This document shows positions 47,995 through 60,200 of a stretch of DNA of 64,000 nt, piece after piece (positions within the stretch are counted from its first letter, which is position 1; each line of letters starts with the position of its first letter). The translations under genes and the position numbers were made by a program. The notes under the pieces were generated by a model. The model was not told the origin of the DNA, searched no databases, and was given only the letters and a program-made list of their open reading frames with translations. This DNA comes from Blepharisma stoltei ATCC 30299 (taxonomy: Eukaryota; Protista; Ciliophora), in contig CBFDEM010000062.1 in assembly GCA_965603825.1 (NCBI GenBank), positions 823,333 to 887,332 of the forward strand, written 5' to 3'.

Positions 47995-49260
47995 TTTATT
48001 ATCACCACATCTAGCCATGCATGAAAACTTATTCAACTGATTGTAGGTTTGGAGATATGGTGAAAAAATGCAAAATTAGCTGAAAATTGAGATATTTATT
48101 AGAATTAAAATTAAAGAAAAATTTCTGAATTTCTTATAGTTTGGGCTAAAATGAAGCAGAAATTAAGTAACTAAATGAATAAAATTTCATTTACTAGCTT
48201 TAAAGATCCATAATAGGGTGATGAGGCCATTCTTCATATTTCTTAAATATTTCACTTAAGGCTGAGAAAGGGATCTAAAATATCGATTTGGAATAGATTA
48301 CTGAAATTTTGTGATTAACTAGAAATTAATCTGTCCTTGAAGCTAGAGTTTGCTGCTGATAAATTGCAATCAATGATTCAAGAAGAGTTTATTTTTCAAG
48401 ATATTGCATCAGAATACCAAGAAGGTAAGTATAGTCAGCTCAGAAAAATTCATATTTAAGTTTAGTTTGGCACCAGCTGTAATTTTATCCTAAGTTCTGA
48501 AATTTTTGAATTTAATAAGCTTTCATTATTTTTATTAATGGAGAGAGCATAGGAAATTTAAGCGAAAAGAAATAAAATTTTATTTGAAGCTATTTAAACA
48601 AAATTCTTTAGTTAAAAAAGGCTAAGTCGGCTTTTATAATATTTTACATTAAATATAATTTTCAATGATAGCCCCAGTAAAAATTTTGATAAAAATTCCC
48701 CCTCCTCCATTACTAATTTAAAAGTCTTAAATCACTTAGGAAAGAGAAAGAGCAAGAGTCTTCAAGCTGAGATCTTTAAAACAAATCAAGCTAAGGAACT
48801 TCTTAAGATAGCCAAATCTATATTAATATTTGTGAGCTCAAAAAATATTATTTTAAAGAAGTAATTTGTACCTCTCTTTTGCAAACAGCTATGAAATCGT
48901 ATATAATAAGAGATTAGGGTGCCAAAAACAGATTGATGTGTGTTTTAAGTTTTGAAAAGAAAGCGGAAAAATAGGCATTAATCCTTTAAAGAGTGCTGGA
49001 TAAATTAAGATGGACATTTATTAATTAGACACTTACAAACTTTGTAAAGCATTTCGCTAAAAGACAATGAGATTGCCAAAGACTTGCCATTGAGCAAATT
49101 ATCAGATTTTTTCTATTTTGACCAAAAAATATTTATTTTTATCTCTCTCCAAAATCAAAATATAACGCTAGCTCCTTACTATAATTTAATTTGCTGAAAA
49201 TTCATTGAATGTTTTTGAAAAGGAAATAATCATTATTCTCGGTAAATTAGCTTAAAATTA

Positions 49261-50244
49261 TTAATTATTTAATGGCTTGATATCTTTGAAGCCTCCTTCT
49301 TTATTTCTAATATACTTCAAAATTTTATCAAAGCAATGATAAAAAGGATTTGCAATAAATTTTTCATCAGGGAGTATTTCTTTGTGGATTTTGCGAATAT
49401 TAATTGAGTCAGCAATCTCTTTCAATTCATTATAATCCGGATCTTTTTCAAATTTTTTAAGTAGCTTTTGCTTATTTAAATTATGATACTCGTCTAGAGC
49501 CTTTTTAACCATAAAAGTATAACTTTTTTTTGTGTTTCAGCTTCCTTCGTGAAATTTTAAATTTAATAAATTTGCATTTACCCCGTATTTTAGCTTAATA
49601 TCTGACTTATTTAGTAGCCGAAATTTATGAGTTTTTTCCCTGCAGTTCCAGCAAAGTGGTTTTTTTAGCATTGGGCATCTATAAAAGTTTTGATCAGTAA
49701 GTATTTTATGACACCCGATGCAACCCTGAAAAGCCATTGATATATATTTATCCTTTCACTTCGAGCATTGCTCTTCAGGATCATTAAATTCTTTTACATA
49801 GTAAAAATGCCAAAGTTCTTCATCTCATGTGATATGATAAAACTCCCTGCAAACTAACGTAAGAGTTCTAGAGACCTCTCAGGGAGAAATAAACCTAAAA
49901 ACTTCTATCCAAGCTCTTCTATATTTCGATGGAGTTGATTCTACTTGTTTAATCAGATTAAGAGGAGCATGATAAGGCTTGTCAATAGGAGCATAATTTT
50001 GGTTCCATTTCTCAAGCCACGCATAAAACTTTTTAGCATCTTCATCTTTTAAATAAACCGATATATCGCTTTCACAGATATATTGCTTAACTTTTGGGGT
50101 ATAGCAATCCAGGTGATAATTTTCGGAGCCGTTCATGTGATAAATGTGAATATTGATGTCGTTCTTTTTAATTCCTTCCCTGCATACCCAGCAGCGAGTT
50201 TTTATTGTTCGTGATAACTTTGCAGTGAAATTTACTCTGAACAT
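49261..50244 (-). CDS. PARP-type zinc finger + F-box + XPA-like Zn/C-terminal module protein, ~327 aa
   Basis: Three ORFs join via four TGA codons. AKLSRTIKTRCWVC...YHLDC is zf-PARP-like; WIEVFRFISP-W-EVSRTLTLVCREFYHIT-W-DEELW is F-box-like; CIGC...CWNC...KFRLLNKSDIKLKYGV is XPA-like. Confidence 0.75.
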
Positions 50245-50755
50245 TATAAATATTATTTGGAAATTCACTAATAAATAATGGAGTGTCTAGGGTGTCTGGC
50301 GAAGGTTGCATTTCCATGTCCAATGTATTGGAAGCTTCGTTAAGGCACTTTAGGAGGCGCTGAAGCTGGACAGAGGTTAGTAAATAGAAAAAGAATTGCA
50401 GTTTGAAAGCTTATTTATTAAGACAGAGAGCAGATGTAGCATTGGTATTTAGCTTCAGCTGAGCTTGGTTCTTAAACTTAATTAAAATTATCATAGATGG
50501 ATTAGTGCTAGTTTTCGCGTGGAGCAAGCAGCCCTTTGCATAGAATTTGATATATAAGAAGAGATAGCTGCAAAAGCAAGAATTATTCCATGATAAGCTA
50601 TAGAGTAATGAAAAGTATGATTTGTATAAATAATCAAACTCTTGAGTCTTTTTAATCATTTCTAAGCTTAAAATTCATATATTTCTCGTAATTCTAGCTT
50701 AACAATTTTTAGCTCGCATAAGAATTCATAAAATATATATAATTTAAATTAGTAT

Positions 50756-52096
50756 TTATATCCACTTTTTCAACTCAATTCTTAGACTCCTAACTTTTCC
50801 ATCATTAATCCCTAAATTTTCAACTCTAGAGCTTGACATTTTCATTACTTCAGCTGATTTTGATGCATGCAATTCTTTACTTAGCTCATTTTCACCTCTG
50901 ATGGAATTTAGCTCATGTCTCTCTCCTTTATGCGGCATTTTGGAGAACCAATGATGCATAAGAGCCTTTTCTGGAGAAATTCTAAGACCAGGATATGAGC
51001 AAGTCAGCTTTTGGACTAAATTTATCCCATCTGGAGATATTTGTGTTAGTGCTTCATCGTGAAAACAAATATGGCAATCTCTATTCCTTTCTAGAACCCT
51101 TTGAGGGGTAAGCCCTTGGAATGGCATTTTGCCTGCAAGTAAAGTGTAAATAATAATTCCGACGCTGAAAATGTCAACTTTAATGCCATAGGGTTCCTGT
51201 CGTAACATTTCAGGAGCTATGTATCCAGGAGATCCGCAGCGAGTTGTGGAATGGTCAGCCAATTCTGCAGCTAGACCGAAATCTATTAGTTTGAAATCAT
51301 AATCGTTGTCATTAGATTTTAATAGGATATTCTCAAGCTTTATGTCTCGATGGATAACTCCATTAGTCTTTAAATAGTCCAAAACATGGAGCATTTTTTG
51401 GGTAAATTTTTTGACAGAATTTTCTGAAAATCGTTTTTTTTCTATGATACGATGATAAAGATCGCCTCCGCTTACGTAATCCTGCACTAGGTAGATGTTA
51501 GAGATGCTTTCGTAAACTTTATAAAGTTTAACAATGTTCGGATGCTTCAGCTTTCTCATAATCTTGATTTCTCTAACAAGAGGCTGGATATCTTGGGCTA
51601 TTTTTTGCTTTGGGATTACTTTAACCGCATATGACTTTTTGTTATTTTTGCATGTTGCTTCATAGACAGTAGAAAAGGCTCCTTTTCCTATGACTTTTGC
51701 AAAAGTAAAGCTGTCCTTAATCCCAGTCATAATTCCTGCGGAAGATAAATGTCCCAGCCACACTTTCAGCTCATTTTCACTATTTGTGTAAAAACATTTG
51801 GAATTTGTTGCGTGGCCGATTAGAAAGCCATAAGAAGTTGTCTTTTCTACTTCTGCAATGAATGGCCCAATAAGTTTCCATTCAATATTTACCATAAATT
51901 CAGGGCTTTTTGAATCTTTGTTATGCTTAATTAAAAATTTTTTGGTTAAGCTGTATAAGCTTTCTTCAGATTTATCTGGTGCAGTTGATTCAAGTAAAGT
52001 TCCTGTGTATAATACAGGAGAATCTTCAGGGATGTAAGCTTTCCAAAATTCTTGAGAGTTCTGAAATAATTCATCTACGCTCGCAAATATCGACAT
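50756..52096 (-). CDS. Ser/Thr kinase of the CAMK group with an N-terminal PH-like domain, 446 aa
   Basis: Motifs IGKGAFS, AVK, HRDIKLEN, DFG and CGSPGYIAPE. The N-terminus ends in a PH-type helix (ELKVWLGHL). Confidence 0.9.
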   Translation of the reverse strand: MSIFASVDELFQNSQEFWKAYIPEDSPVLYTGTLLESTAPDKSEESLYSLTKKFLIKHNKDSKSPEFMVNIEWKLIGPFIAEVEKTTSYGFLIGHATNSKCFYTNSENELKVWLGHLSSAGIMTGIKDSFTFAKVIGKGAFSTVYEATCKNNKKSYAVKVIPKQKIAQDIQPLVREIKIMRKLKHPNIVKLYKVYESISNIYLVQDYVSGGDLYHRIIEKKRFSENSVKKFTQKMLHVLDYLKTNGVIHRDIKLENILLKSNDNDYDFKLIDFGLAAELADHSTTRCGSPGYIAPEMLRQEPYGIKVDIFSVGIIIYTLLAGKMPFQGLTPQRVLERNRDCHICFHDEALTQISPDGINLVQKLTCSYPGLRISPEKALMHHWFSKMPHKGERHELNSIRGENELSKELHASKSAEVMKMSSSRVENLGINDGKVRSLRIELKKWI

Positions 52097-53116
52097 TTCT
52101 TATAGTATATATATATTATACCGGATCGCAATTTTTTTTAATTTTACTTGTAAAGATGGAATTTCTCTTAAAAGAATTTTTACACTATACTTAGATTTTA
52201 TTGAGGTTAATAAAAAAAAAAAATTTTATTGGCAGAATAGATTTAATTAATTTTATTGAAGTGAAACTTATACAAATAGACCATTCTGGAATTTTATAAA
52301 ATCGATTTCATTCAATTCGAGAAAATGAAACCCTTCTAGATGTGAAAATTGAAATATATTTAAAATTTTTTGACAGGAAAGAATTAATTGAATCTTAGGT
52401 AATTAAAGGGGCTTTTGCTTAAATTGAGTAAATAAATAAATTGGTGCTGAAATGAATTTTAATCAGTGTTTTTATATATGTTTTAGTCTTTTTATAATAA
52501 AAATTATAATTTGATTAAATAAGAAATCCTTTGCATGGGATTTTTGGTATAACTTAAAGATAATCTTATGGAAAATTGATAATCAGAGAAGAGGAAATAT
52601 CAAATTCTTAAATGAGTAAATCGTAATTAATATTATGTTGCCCAAAAAAAAGTGTAATTAAAACAGTTTTTCTATTGAAAAATAAATATTTAGAATATCA
52701 GGCAATAGCTTTTTAACTTTAGAAAATGCTCTAATTCTGCTCAGAATTCCATTTTCATCATTTTCTTAATTATAGTAATTCAGGCATTTAAATTCATTTG
52801 GATCAATATCAATGCACCATCAAAAATAAAATGATTTTTAAAAAAGCAAAATATTCAAATTATTTATTACGGGCTAAGAACTATTTCTTAAAATTTAATC
52901 TAAGGTATATCATATCTTATTAGGATTTATTACACCAAATTTATGCAAAAATTAGATTAAAAAGATGCCTTAATAATCTAAATGAAATAATTATTTACCT
53001 AGAGCAAATCAAGCATAATTCAATTCAATCATTAAGTATTTTACCAAATGCTAAATATATTGGAAGAATTTTGATGAATTAGATAAGATAATATTGATTC
53101 TATGCATTATGAGAAA

Positions 53117-54170
53117 ATGGGGATTGAATATTTCTGACGTAGAAAGGTCTTATACTCAACAAAGATGAAATTATCATAAACGAAAATCAAAAACCAGGAG
53201 CCAATCGAGAATTTTCTCAGCCTGAAGCTGTAGATATCAATCAAGAACAAAACCATGATTATATTAGAGTCCATGGAGCAGCTAGAGGCTATTTAAATAG
53301 AAAAGAAATGTCAGTTATAAGGGAAAAAAGCCAAGCTAATAATGCTTAAACCCAGAATCTCTATATAAACCTTATATAGGCTCTATTTCTAGCTAAATAT
53401 TACCAACTGTTAAAATATTCCAATTTATGATAGTCTGTAGTTTTTTTTCTTATCCTGCTCTTCCTTTAACAAATGGAGCTATTTGTAAAGCGAATGAAAT
53501 GAAAAGGAGAAAATCATGGAAAATGCGGACGGATCCAAATACCTTGGATTTTTAAAATAATGAGAAGAGTGAAATGGTCTTTCCATTTATCAAGATGGAA
53601 AGTCTATGAAGGAGGATTCAAAAATGGGTATATGCGGAAAAAGAATTCTTCATAAGATAACGCTAAGTGAATTCAAAATGGGTACAAAAGATTTTTATTA
53701 TAGAGGAATGGAAATGTGCTAGTTTTTGGAGATGCATCCTTTTAAGAAAGAATATTAATATATAAAAATTAAATTACAATAGGGATTTTATGACCCCTTA
53801 TTCCAGGAGGGCATCCGCTGTTATTTTACAGGTCGCTTACGTCGGCAATTTTATTTATATGAGAATTCAAAGATAATTATCAAGAAGGATATTGGCATTT
53901 CATTTGGAATGACGGCAGAGAGTATCAGGGAGAATGAAAAAAGAATAAAATGCATGGAAAAGGAGTCTGAGTTGCTCGCGATGGAAAGAAATATGAAGGG
54001 AATTATGAAAGTAATCTAAAGCAGGGGTACCCATTTTTACTTGGTCTATTGAAACAAATTATGACGGAAATTATAAAAAAATAACAATGTCATTTAATTG
54101 ACAGACTAAGAAAATGGAGGCAAAGGCAGAAGTATGGAAGAAGGAAATATAGTAGAATGAACTATAAATG
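53117..54170 (+). pseudogene. Decayed IQ+MORN-repeat gene, tandem paralog of 54662..55710
   Basis: Starts atggggattgaatatt like the next gene and retains remnants (gcagctagaggctattta; GREYQGEWKKNKMHGKGV). Multiple frameshifts and TAA/TAG stops. Confidence 0.8.
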
Positions 54171-54661
54171 GGAAAAGAATACAAGTCTCTAACCCAGAAA
54201 GTGTTGATTATAGCTATAACTATAGCGAATAATTAGTATTATGATTTAAATATTTAAAGGCTTAAAATATAATTTTTTTAAATACTCTGTCGTGTATGAT
54301 TTCTGTTTTAAATTCTATTTCTTATTAGCCTTCATTCTAATTATCAATTGCATATATCCGTATTTTCTCATACTTCTTAAATTCCTATTTCATATTTTCT
54401 GACTATAAAAAATTAGCTAATACCCCTGCTGCCTATGAAAATTAATCCTTTGCATGAGTGAAAAATTTGTTTTTATGGAGGAGTTATAATTTTATTATTT
54501 ATTGCCAAAATTGTTTTCGTGAAATTAATTGAAACCTGTAAGAACTTATGCTATAAAGACCTCTAGATAAGCTAAATAAGGCAATTATTTTATATTCAAT
54601 ATGATAATTACTATAATATTAATATTACGACTTAAATAATAATTCTATAATTTACGCTAAA

Positions 54662-55710
54662 ATGGGGATTGAATATTCATGCTTGAAGAACGACCTTAGA
54701 CTCAACAATGATGAAATATTCATTCAAGAAAATAAAGAATTAGCAACAGCTCAAGAGCTCACTCATGAAAGCCATGATTCTGAAATTATTATTGGGGCTC
54801 AAACAACTGGCCAAAAAAATAAACGTTACTATATTGAAATCCAAAGCGCAGCAAGAGGCTATTTAGTTAGAAGAGAATGATCTGCTATAAAAAAAATAAA
54901 TCAGGATAAAAATGAAGAAAGTAAAGAACCATCTGAACATAAAAGTAAAGAAAAAAAGCATGATAAAAGTACCTCAAAATATTCTGCTAATACCCTGCAA
55001 ACTTCTACTTATTCCTATTTTACTCAAGAAAATGGAGCCACTTATGAAGGCGATTTGAATGAAAAAGGAGAAAAGCATGGAGAAGGTATTGAAATTTACC
55101 CAAACGGATGTAAATATGTAGGATTTTATAAAAATAATTTACGAGCGGAATTGGAAGCTATGTTTTCGCAAATGGGAATGTTTATCAAGGAGAGCTTGAC
55201 AAAGGACAGCCCAATGGAAAAGGAGTTTTTCATGTTAATGGGAGAATAATAAAAGGTGAATTCCAAAACGGTGCCCCAAATGGAGAGGTAACTGAAGAAG
55301 CACAGGGATATTTCTATAAAGGAAGCTTCAAAAACTGATTAAAAGATGGCCAAGGCTCAATTTGATATGAAGGTGGATCTTTTTATGAAGGAGAATTTAA
55401 AGGGGATAAAATTGAAGGGTATGGACGCTTTGTTTTTAACTTCGGGGATGAATACAAGGGAGAGTTTAAAGATGGTAAAATGCATGGAAAAGGAGTTTAT
55501 AAGTGGTCTGGTGGGAGAAGATATGAAGGGAACTATGCCAATAGTCAAAAAGATGGTTATGGAATTTTTACTCGGCCAGATGGGAGAAAATATGATGGAG
55601 GATGGAAAAATGGCCTCCAGGATGGTGAAGGATCATGTACGACCCGATCCAAGATTCCAATGAGAGGAATATGAAAAGACGGAAAATTGATTGATTGATG
55701 CATAGAATAA
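54662..55710 (+). pseudogene. IQ-motif + MORN-repeat protein with a single frameshift at ~55143
   Basis: IQSAARGYLVRRE-W is followed by MORN repeats (YEG...KHGEG; YKGEFKDGKMHGKG). The span is 1049 nt (3n+2), and MORN periodicity continues only after a -1 shift at ttacgagcgga. Confidence 0.7.
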
Positions 55711-56195
55711 TTAATGATTTATAGATTAAGCATAGGGTTATAGATAAATCTTATTTTCACTTTTTAAAAATAAATAATTTCAACCTTAAATTTCTATTTT
55801 TATGCATACTAAGATACTTAAACTATAGCACTAGATGATATAGTTTTTCAGCTTCCAAGTGTTTTAAATAAAATAGATAAAAGCTTCTTTTATTTGATGA
55901 AGCAATCTGGCTTGCAACTATATATTGAATTTTTTATTTATTATAAAGTCTAATAATTACTTAACTCTTCAAAATTCTTTTCCTTTATTAATTCTAGCAT
56001 TTACTGTATCATGATTTTAACAGTTATATATAATCATGTATGCTTTTTTCACCTCTGTTTAGTTTAGTGAAGAGCATATCAATTTTTCACTTTTAAAATA
56101 AAATTTATTCCATTTTCTCATTGTTTACATTTTTATCTCAAGCTAAAATAATTTAAATTACCTATTAATTTTTTAAATTTAAATCATTCTCTATT

Positions 56196-56999
56196 TTAAT
56201 TCTTAAATTTAATCATATTCTTTTCATCTAAATCGAACTTATAACGATATTCATCCGAATTCATTGAAAAATACACTGCTCTGCCATTATATGCATAAGA
56301 AACTTGAACAGGTCAAACATTGCTTATTAATGAGCTTCCAATTGGCTTTCAAGCATTGTCATCTTCAATTTCGCTTTCAAAAATTAGCCCTCCACATTCA
56401 ATCAAATACAACCTCTCTAATTATAGCTTACCTGAAATGTCACTTATCAAAATTTTTCTTTTAATATCTGCAAATTCAAAAGAAATCCTTGTATAAGAGT
56501 CCTCCTCAACTGAATATCGTCAGATATTTTTATTTTCAAACCCTGTGATTAAAATATTCCCATTAAACATAACGCAGCTGCAATAATAATCATATTCCTC
56601 CATTGGATTTAACATAATCCATCTATTTTCATCTAAGTCAAATCTTTCGGCAAGCGGCAGTGGAGCAGTCATCATTTCTCCTCCAAAGCAATAAACGCTG
56701 TTATTTAAATAAATACCTGATGAGCAGGCACAGCATGTCCCAGAAGGCAGAACTCTTATATCGAAATTTTGGTCAATTATTAAAGAAATGCCAGAATATG
56801 GATCAATTTTGCCAAAGCAAAAAAGTTCACCATTAGGAAGTAGAGTTATGCATGTGCCAAAGTTTAGAATCTCTGGAGCAGACAAAACTTGAACTGTTTC
56901 TCTTTCGGATTCAGTATCATAGATAAACAAATTTGTTTGATTATGTTTGTAAGGGATAAGGTAAGTTTTGTTCTGATAAGTGCTGATATGTTGATTCAT
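56196..56999 (-). CDS. Kelch-like beta-propeller protein, one 15-nt intron
   Basis: Motifs LPNGELFCFG, VYCFGG, AERFDL...W and NILITG. The ORF continues through TGA codons and intron 56417-56431 to TAA at 56196. Confidence 0.8.
56417..56431 (-). other. 15-nt intron GTAAGCTATAATTAG
   Basis: Removes an in-frame TAA. The spliced DISERLYLIE matches EERLYLIE in the paralog. Confidence 0.85.
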
Positions 57000-57257
57000 A
57001 TTTGTATTTTAATAGTTATCTTAATATCAATTTTAATTCCCGATAAATCATGTTTTGAAATAAATAACTAATATTCATGCACTTTAGCCTATTAACTACA
57101 AAGCTCTAAATGCACGATCAAGAGTTTTGTGATATAATTTGCCGAAATTTTTCAAAATCTAATTAAAAAATATCTAGATTCTCTCATATGATATTTATAA
57201 TCATATAAACTCAGTTTTTATACAAATTTTTATAATAAAGGAAATGAAATAATTTAA

Positions 57258-60200
57258 TTAATTAGGCTTCTGCTCATCACTTTTCCCTTTCATCTCAATA
57301 AGCATCTCCAATTGTTTTTCAATATTCGCTGTGCTTGCCTTCACAGCATTAACTTCCTCGTTAACCTTCGCTATTTCAGCTTGGAGGGTTTTAATATGTT
57401 TTTTCAAAGGAATTGTTTTGTCAGTTTCATCTTTATTATCATTAGAGTTACTGTCAATGCACATTTGGAAATAGCAAGGATCTGAAATTTTTCTATTTTT
57501 AACCAGCATTGTTTCTATTTCAATAATCATCCCTACCAGCTCATGTGTGTCAGCTATCTGATAATTTTCTTGAACCTTTCCAAACGTATTACCTATAATC
57601 GCTATCAGCAGATTCAGCATTACAATCATATTAATCAAAGTCACTAAAATAAAGCAAACCCATTCAATTGAGCTCATTCCAGACGTATCAAAATCCCCAA
57701 CGTCGAATCTGTATGACATTTTCAGGTAGTCTAAGAATTTTGGATCATTTTCGTCTAAAACTAAAAATATAAAAGCAAAAGAAAGGGTGGAGTAGAATAA
57801 TAAAATTAAAAAAGAAGTCATGTCTTTTATGACTTCAGATATCAAATTTACCATATACCGGGTGTTTTGGAATATTCTGAAATAAGAAATCCCTCTCAGC
57901 CAGGAAATTATGACTAAGAAGACAAGGATGTCATGGTTTATTTCTCAGTCTTGAGGGTTAAGGCTAATAGCGAAATATAGAATTGAAGATAAAGTTCTTG
58001 CTGTGTCAATATAATTTCATAAATCTTTAGCATAGCTCATTGGAGAAGCCCACAGCTGGTATGCTTCATATACTGATAAAAGCATGCTAATTGCAAATAA
58101 AATCGACAACACAGTTTTTTCTTCAATAAAATAAAGGACATATATAGAAAGAATTAGCATATAGACAGCATAAAGGATCGCTTGAGCATGCATAACCCAG
58201 CTGAGCTTGTTTCATTAATACTGAATTATTTCTTGAATTAATGGCGTCATCATTATATTGGGATTCGGAGAGTCGTAAATGCTGAACAAAAAATCAATCG
58301 ATGCTTGGGAGCCTACTGTTAAATCCAGCCTGACATAAGAAGACAAAAACGTTATTGGCCTTTCTTGCTCTTTTAGATTCTTGCTGTCAAGAAAATTAGA
58401 ATTTTCAATGAAAATATTGTCTGATAAGAAATGAATTGGAATTTCTGCTGAGCTGCTGCAGAATTTGGCAGCGTGCTCGCTTGTGTCTTTCCTGAATATT
58501 GCATCATAAAATTTCAATAAAGAGCTGCAGCTTGATGAATTTAGCCTAACTAAGGTTTCATTGCTTAAACTTTTTAATGAATAAGGATGAATTGGCAAGT
58601 ACTTGTCAAGCGCGAAAATAATAGTGCTGATGCAATTGGAGTATCCTTTTCTGATAGCGATGCATAGTGGATTTTGATTAAGAACGGTATTTATCATTGA
58701 AGAGCCATTCTTTAAAGCCAATTTTAAGTGATTTGGGCGATTAAAATAAGCGTACAGATGGAAAGTGTTAATCCTATATGGGAAAATAGTTCAGTTGTCC
58801 ATCTCTGGATTATACTCAACCTCTTGATTGTTTAGAAGTTTTGATATATATTTCATATACTCATATTTATTTCCAGGACCAGCACAAGTGATATTCCTCA
58901 TCTTTAGCGGATTTTCTCTAACCACTGCCATGCATTTTTCAGAAATTTCTCCGAAATGCTCTTTTTTAACCTTGGCTCTGAAAAAAATGTAATTTCCATC
59001 ACCACATAAATTCATGTTATACATTGCCTCATATTTATATGAAAATAATTGGTTAAACATCTCCAGGCTAATAAATAGAACTCTTCCGTCACTAGAGTAG
59101 CCTATCATGAACTTATCATCTTTTGTTATAACAACTCGCCCTATAGCTGGAGTACTACTTTTTAAAGAGTGAAGCTTGATGCTCTTTCTTCAGTCCCAGA
59201 AATTTATTGAGCCATTCATAGTGATTATTATGATAATTTCTTCATTATGAGTTACTTTCATCGTATAAGTTTCATCATTTTCATAAATAACTGCTATTTC
59301 TTTTGTGGTGTCCAAGTCCCAAATTCTTGGAGTTTTATTTTCAGCGATCCCTGCCAATGCGTTTGATTTTGATAAGTAGCATATATTTCTCGTCATAGAA
59401 TCGTGGCCTTTAAATTCTTTTATTATAGTCATGGATTCTAAATCCCATAAAAACAGCCTTTTTGCGCTGCCAGTCACAATAAATTTCCCATCAGGGCTGA
59501 AGCATCAGTCATACATGGGTTCATATAAATTTTTATCTAAAAACACTGTAGAAATGCTTTTGGTTGGGATATGGACTTTTGACATTGTTTCCCCTGATTT
59601 AACAAAGAAATTTTCATTATTTTGGACGTCGAAATAGTCTACTTTCATCGTGACAACATCAGTGATTTCATCGGTTATGAAATTTCATGTCTGAAAATGC
59701 TCACCATTTCGAATTAAGACTGTAGATTCGTCTAAAGGCTCAGCACGCTCTGCTTCGATGGCTTTCTGGAAGTCAAAGATAGGAAAAGACAGTGTGTAAA
59801 ATTTGCTATTGGATCCGCTTACATATATATGCTTGTTATTTATGCTGAGACCAATGAATAATATTGGAAAATCGTCAATATTTATTGTTTCCGTAATTTG
59901 AAAGCTTTGTAAGTCGTAGAACTGCAAATTTTCCCTGTCTGGAAATAAGATATAATTTTCGTTATTAGTAATAGTGAAAGTTCCCGATTTGTTTTGAGTA
60001 AGATTAATGATTTGAATTTTTTCTAAATTACTAGCCTTGAAAATGAGTATTTTAGACTCATAACCAACTAGAATCATGGTACCTTTAGGAGAATACTCAA
60101 GTTTTAAGCTTTCTATGTCGATTGATGCTTCACCAATCTTCTCATTATCGCTCGATAGAGCTATTAACTGGCCTCTTGAAGAAATAAGAGCAATTTGATC

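Noticed and set aside
48040-49250. Retained IES or transposon in the long AT-rich intergenic tracts (also 52100-53100)
   Set aside because: No terminal inverted repeats or transposase remnants were seen by eye. TA-bounded IESs cannot be called without MIC/MAC read comparison.
50278-50660. Short Cys-containing start (MECLGCLAKVAFPCP) and ORF 50411..50659
   Set aside because: The first closes after ~21 codons and neither has a supportable product. They are possibly remnants.
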